Positions 63,101 through 64,000 of a DNA stretch of 64,000 bases are shown here, one piece after another. The translations under genes were made by a program, and so were the position numbers. Under the pieces are notes generated by a model. The model searched no databases. It worked only from the letters and a program-made list of their open reading frames with translations, and had not been told where the DNA came from. The stretch lies in assembly GCA_963765765.1 (NCBI GenBank), contig CAVXYC010000010.1, positions 192,001 to 256,000 on the forward strand, given 5' to 3'. Every line of letters starts with the position of its first letter. Position 1 is the first letter of the stretch. Origin of the DNA: an uncultured Chloroflexia bacterium (GTDB lineage Bacteria > Chloroflexota > UBA6077 > JACCZL01).

Positions 63101-64000
63101 CTTCACCTTCCTGTATGGGGATCTCCACGCCCATATGATGGCCCTACCATTCACGCTCGTATGTCTGGTTCTTATTGTGAGCGTGCTGCGGACGGCGCCG
63201 GACCTCTTGGCATCTCGACGCGGCGTTGGCACATTCGGATTCCCCTGGCTAGCGGCCACGCTTCTGGCGCTGGTAATCGGCGCACTCTGGCCGCTCAATA
63301 CCTGGGACTTCCCGACGTTCGCGCTGCTCGCAGGTGCGGCGCTGCTCTTGCGTGCCGTGGCCTTGAATCGAGGGATGTCCGCTCGCGCTATCAGCCGAAG
63401 CGCCGTGCAGTGGCTGCTGGTGATGGTGGCCGCCTATGCATTGTTCCTCCCGTTCCATCGCTCGTACGTGGCTGGCTATTCGAGCATCGAGCTCTGGCAA
63501 GGCTCGCGCACGGGGCTGGACGCCTATCTCATCGTTCATGGCATCTTCCTGTTCGTCATCGTCACAGCTCTGATTGCAGGGATCGCAGCGAAGACCAATC
63601 GCGCTCCGCTTGCCCGCGAGGTTCGCCTGCTGTTCAGCCAGGGATATCGCCTGGGCGCCCTGCGCTCACTGGATAGGAGGCTAGTCAGACGAAGAGCAAT
63701 GCAGCGGCTGGGACTGGGCGCGTTGGCGTTGCTGATGGTGGTGGTATGCGGATTATTGGCCTGGAAGCTCCTGGCGACGTTGATGTTCCCGGTTGTGCCC
63801 GCGGCGTCGCTGGCGGTCGTCGCCGTTCCGCTGTTGGTGCTGGCCTTAACCGCGGTTCTCCTATTCGACGGTTCAACTGACGCGCGACGCCGGTTCACGT
63901 ACACGTGCATCACTCTGGGCGCCGCGCTCACCATAGCCGTTGAGGTCATTGTGCTCAAGGGCGATATCAGCCGGATGAACACGGTGTTCAAGTTCTATCT
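60189..64000 (+). CDS. Large membrane protein: GT-C (PMT/ArnT-like) domain fused to DUF2298 (YYY) domain; runs off the window end
   Basis: ATG at 60189 is in frame with RMNTVFKFY at the window end; motifs HLHPDERF, VYGTFP, HFFTVD, GGEKPMDFAYLNAV, PPYDPWFAGGFINYYYFG, ITEFPYFTFLYGDLHAH, NTWDFP. Confidence 0.85.
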   Translation, partial: MAENILQNPMRRTESRSESRALSLPRIDSWVWLVAILLVGSLLRFVGIAWDETYHLHPDERFMTMVETAIRVPENLSGYFNTATSTLSPYNNNFGLYVYGTFPLYLVKAVGQVLDKAGYDQINLVGRALSALFDVGTIAATALVGRRLYGAAVGLVAGGLYALMALPIQQAHFFTVDSYASFFAVLAAYLAIRIGESNSRWDYLALGAVVGFGIACKISMFVLGGFAALGAIIVLYRAYERERVISASLVESIAVRLLLSGIVAILTFRVLQPIAFQGPTILNFTPNEQWLANMAEVRGLQSGERDFPPGHQWTDRPAIWFPWSNMVLWGMGLPLGLAAWIGWAFAAFELIRRRKIEHFIPVVFIGIVFLFQGTQWVKSMRYFLHIYPFLAMTAAYLLHRMWMAGRVNGAVGQISTVSRAIVLGIVGLTALYAIGFTSIYTRPHSRVDASRWIYDNVPRGAAIANEHWDDPLPLRLDGRDGFGGYYRGLMLNNYDEDTPKKLDELVANLVQADYLVLSSNRLYDSIPRLPMRYPMTTRYYELLFAEQIGFHRVAEFTSYPSILGISLPDQSAEEAWSVYDHPKVTIFQKTSDFDRARVLAQLGGGIDWDGILRLRPDQATKVKTGLMLSPSDQTTYQASGTWRELFSTEGISNRFPLVAWWLAIQVVGLAALPIIMVACRSLVDRGWAIAKPLGLLLVAWLAWMAASLHLAEFGPSLVFASLGVVAIVSSLVLAARGRDVPSILRARWRIIALEEALFTVAFLGFVAVRAANPDIWHPVMGGEKPMDFAYLNAVIKSAYFPPYDPWFAGGFINYYYFGFVLVAGLVHLTGVVPGVAYNLAVPTFFAATLVGAFAVALNLVQRLPGTTGRSSINVEPTSRAAVLAGVAASLGVAVMGNLGELQLLLKGLHDIGRTVIQLPFLTEVLRVTDGLRMVIGGGKTLPFRTEWWYWNATRVIDHPQGEAVPITEFPYFTFLYGDLHAHMMALPFTLVCLVLIVSVLRTAPDLLASRRGVGTFGFPWLAATLLALVIGALWPLNTWDFPTFALLAGAALLLRAVALNRGMSARAISRSAVQWLLVMVAAYALFLPFHRSYVAGYSSIELWQGSRTGLDAYLIVHGIFLFVIVTALIAGIAAKTNRAPLAREVRLLFSQGYRLGALRSLDRRLVRRRAMQRLGLGALALLMVVVCGLLAWKLLATLMFPVVPAASLAVVAVPLLVLALTAVLLFDGSTDARRRFTYTCITLGAALTIAVEVIVLKGDISRMNTVFKFY

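Noticed and set aside
1-64000. CRISPR array, cas genes, retron or recognised defence system
   Set aside because: No repeat-spacer array and no reverse transcriptase, Cas or nuclease motifs were seen.

Overview
GC-rich bacterial chromosomal segment, probably Chloroflexota. That assignment is an inference from the DUF2298/'YYY' membrane glycosyltransferase, lipoproteins with Pro/Ala/Thr linkers, and GAAC-N4-GTTC LexA boxes. Single-base frameshifts are common, even in rpsR, so I treat most split ORFs as long-read consensus errors rather than pseudogenes. Layout: (1) 1-8.5 kb, surface-polysaccharide cluster (WecA, CapD-like dehydratase, TIM-barrel protein, two SDRs, IS481 remnant, WecG/TagA, GHL15-like hydrolase, gmd). 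(2) 8.8-16.6 kb, EAL remnant, MFS, tRNA-Gly, a Rad52-family gene with a LexA box, tRNA-Pro, PQQ-type sugar dehydrogenase, rdgB, birA, an 85-aa orphan with LexA boxes, threonine synthase-like gene. (3) 16.7-47.2 kb, transport/catabolic region with EamA, two bicupins, a TTT system, a CDC48/p97-like ATPase, three Fe3+/polyamine-type ABC sets with four binding proteins, an amidohydrolase, a three-domain RidA protein and two GlcG/HbpS proteins, interspersed with REP-like doublets and a MITE-like element. (4) 47.3-56.7 kb, PrsA-like PPIase, rpsF-ssb-rpsR, molybdo-oxidoreductase, glcD/glcF-like genes, thiolase. (5) 57.1-64 kb, glycosylation operon ending in a >1270-aa GT-C/DUF2298 fusion. Best leads: a bacterial CDC48 whose D2 Walker B reads DQ instead of DE; a single-chain triple RidA; a putative SOS module (Rad52-like annealing protein with an SSB-like tail, plus the LexA-boxed orphan).
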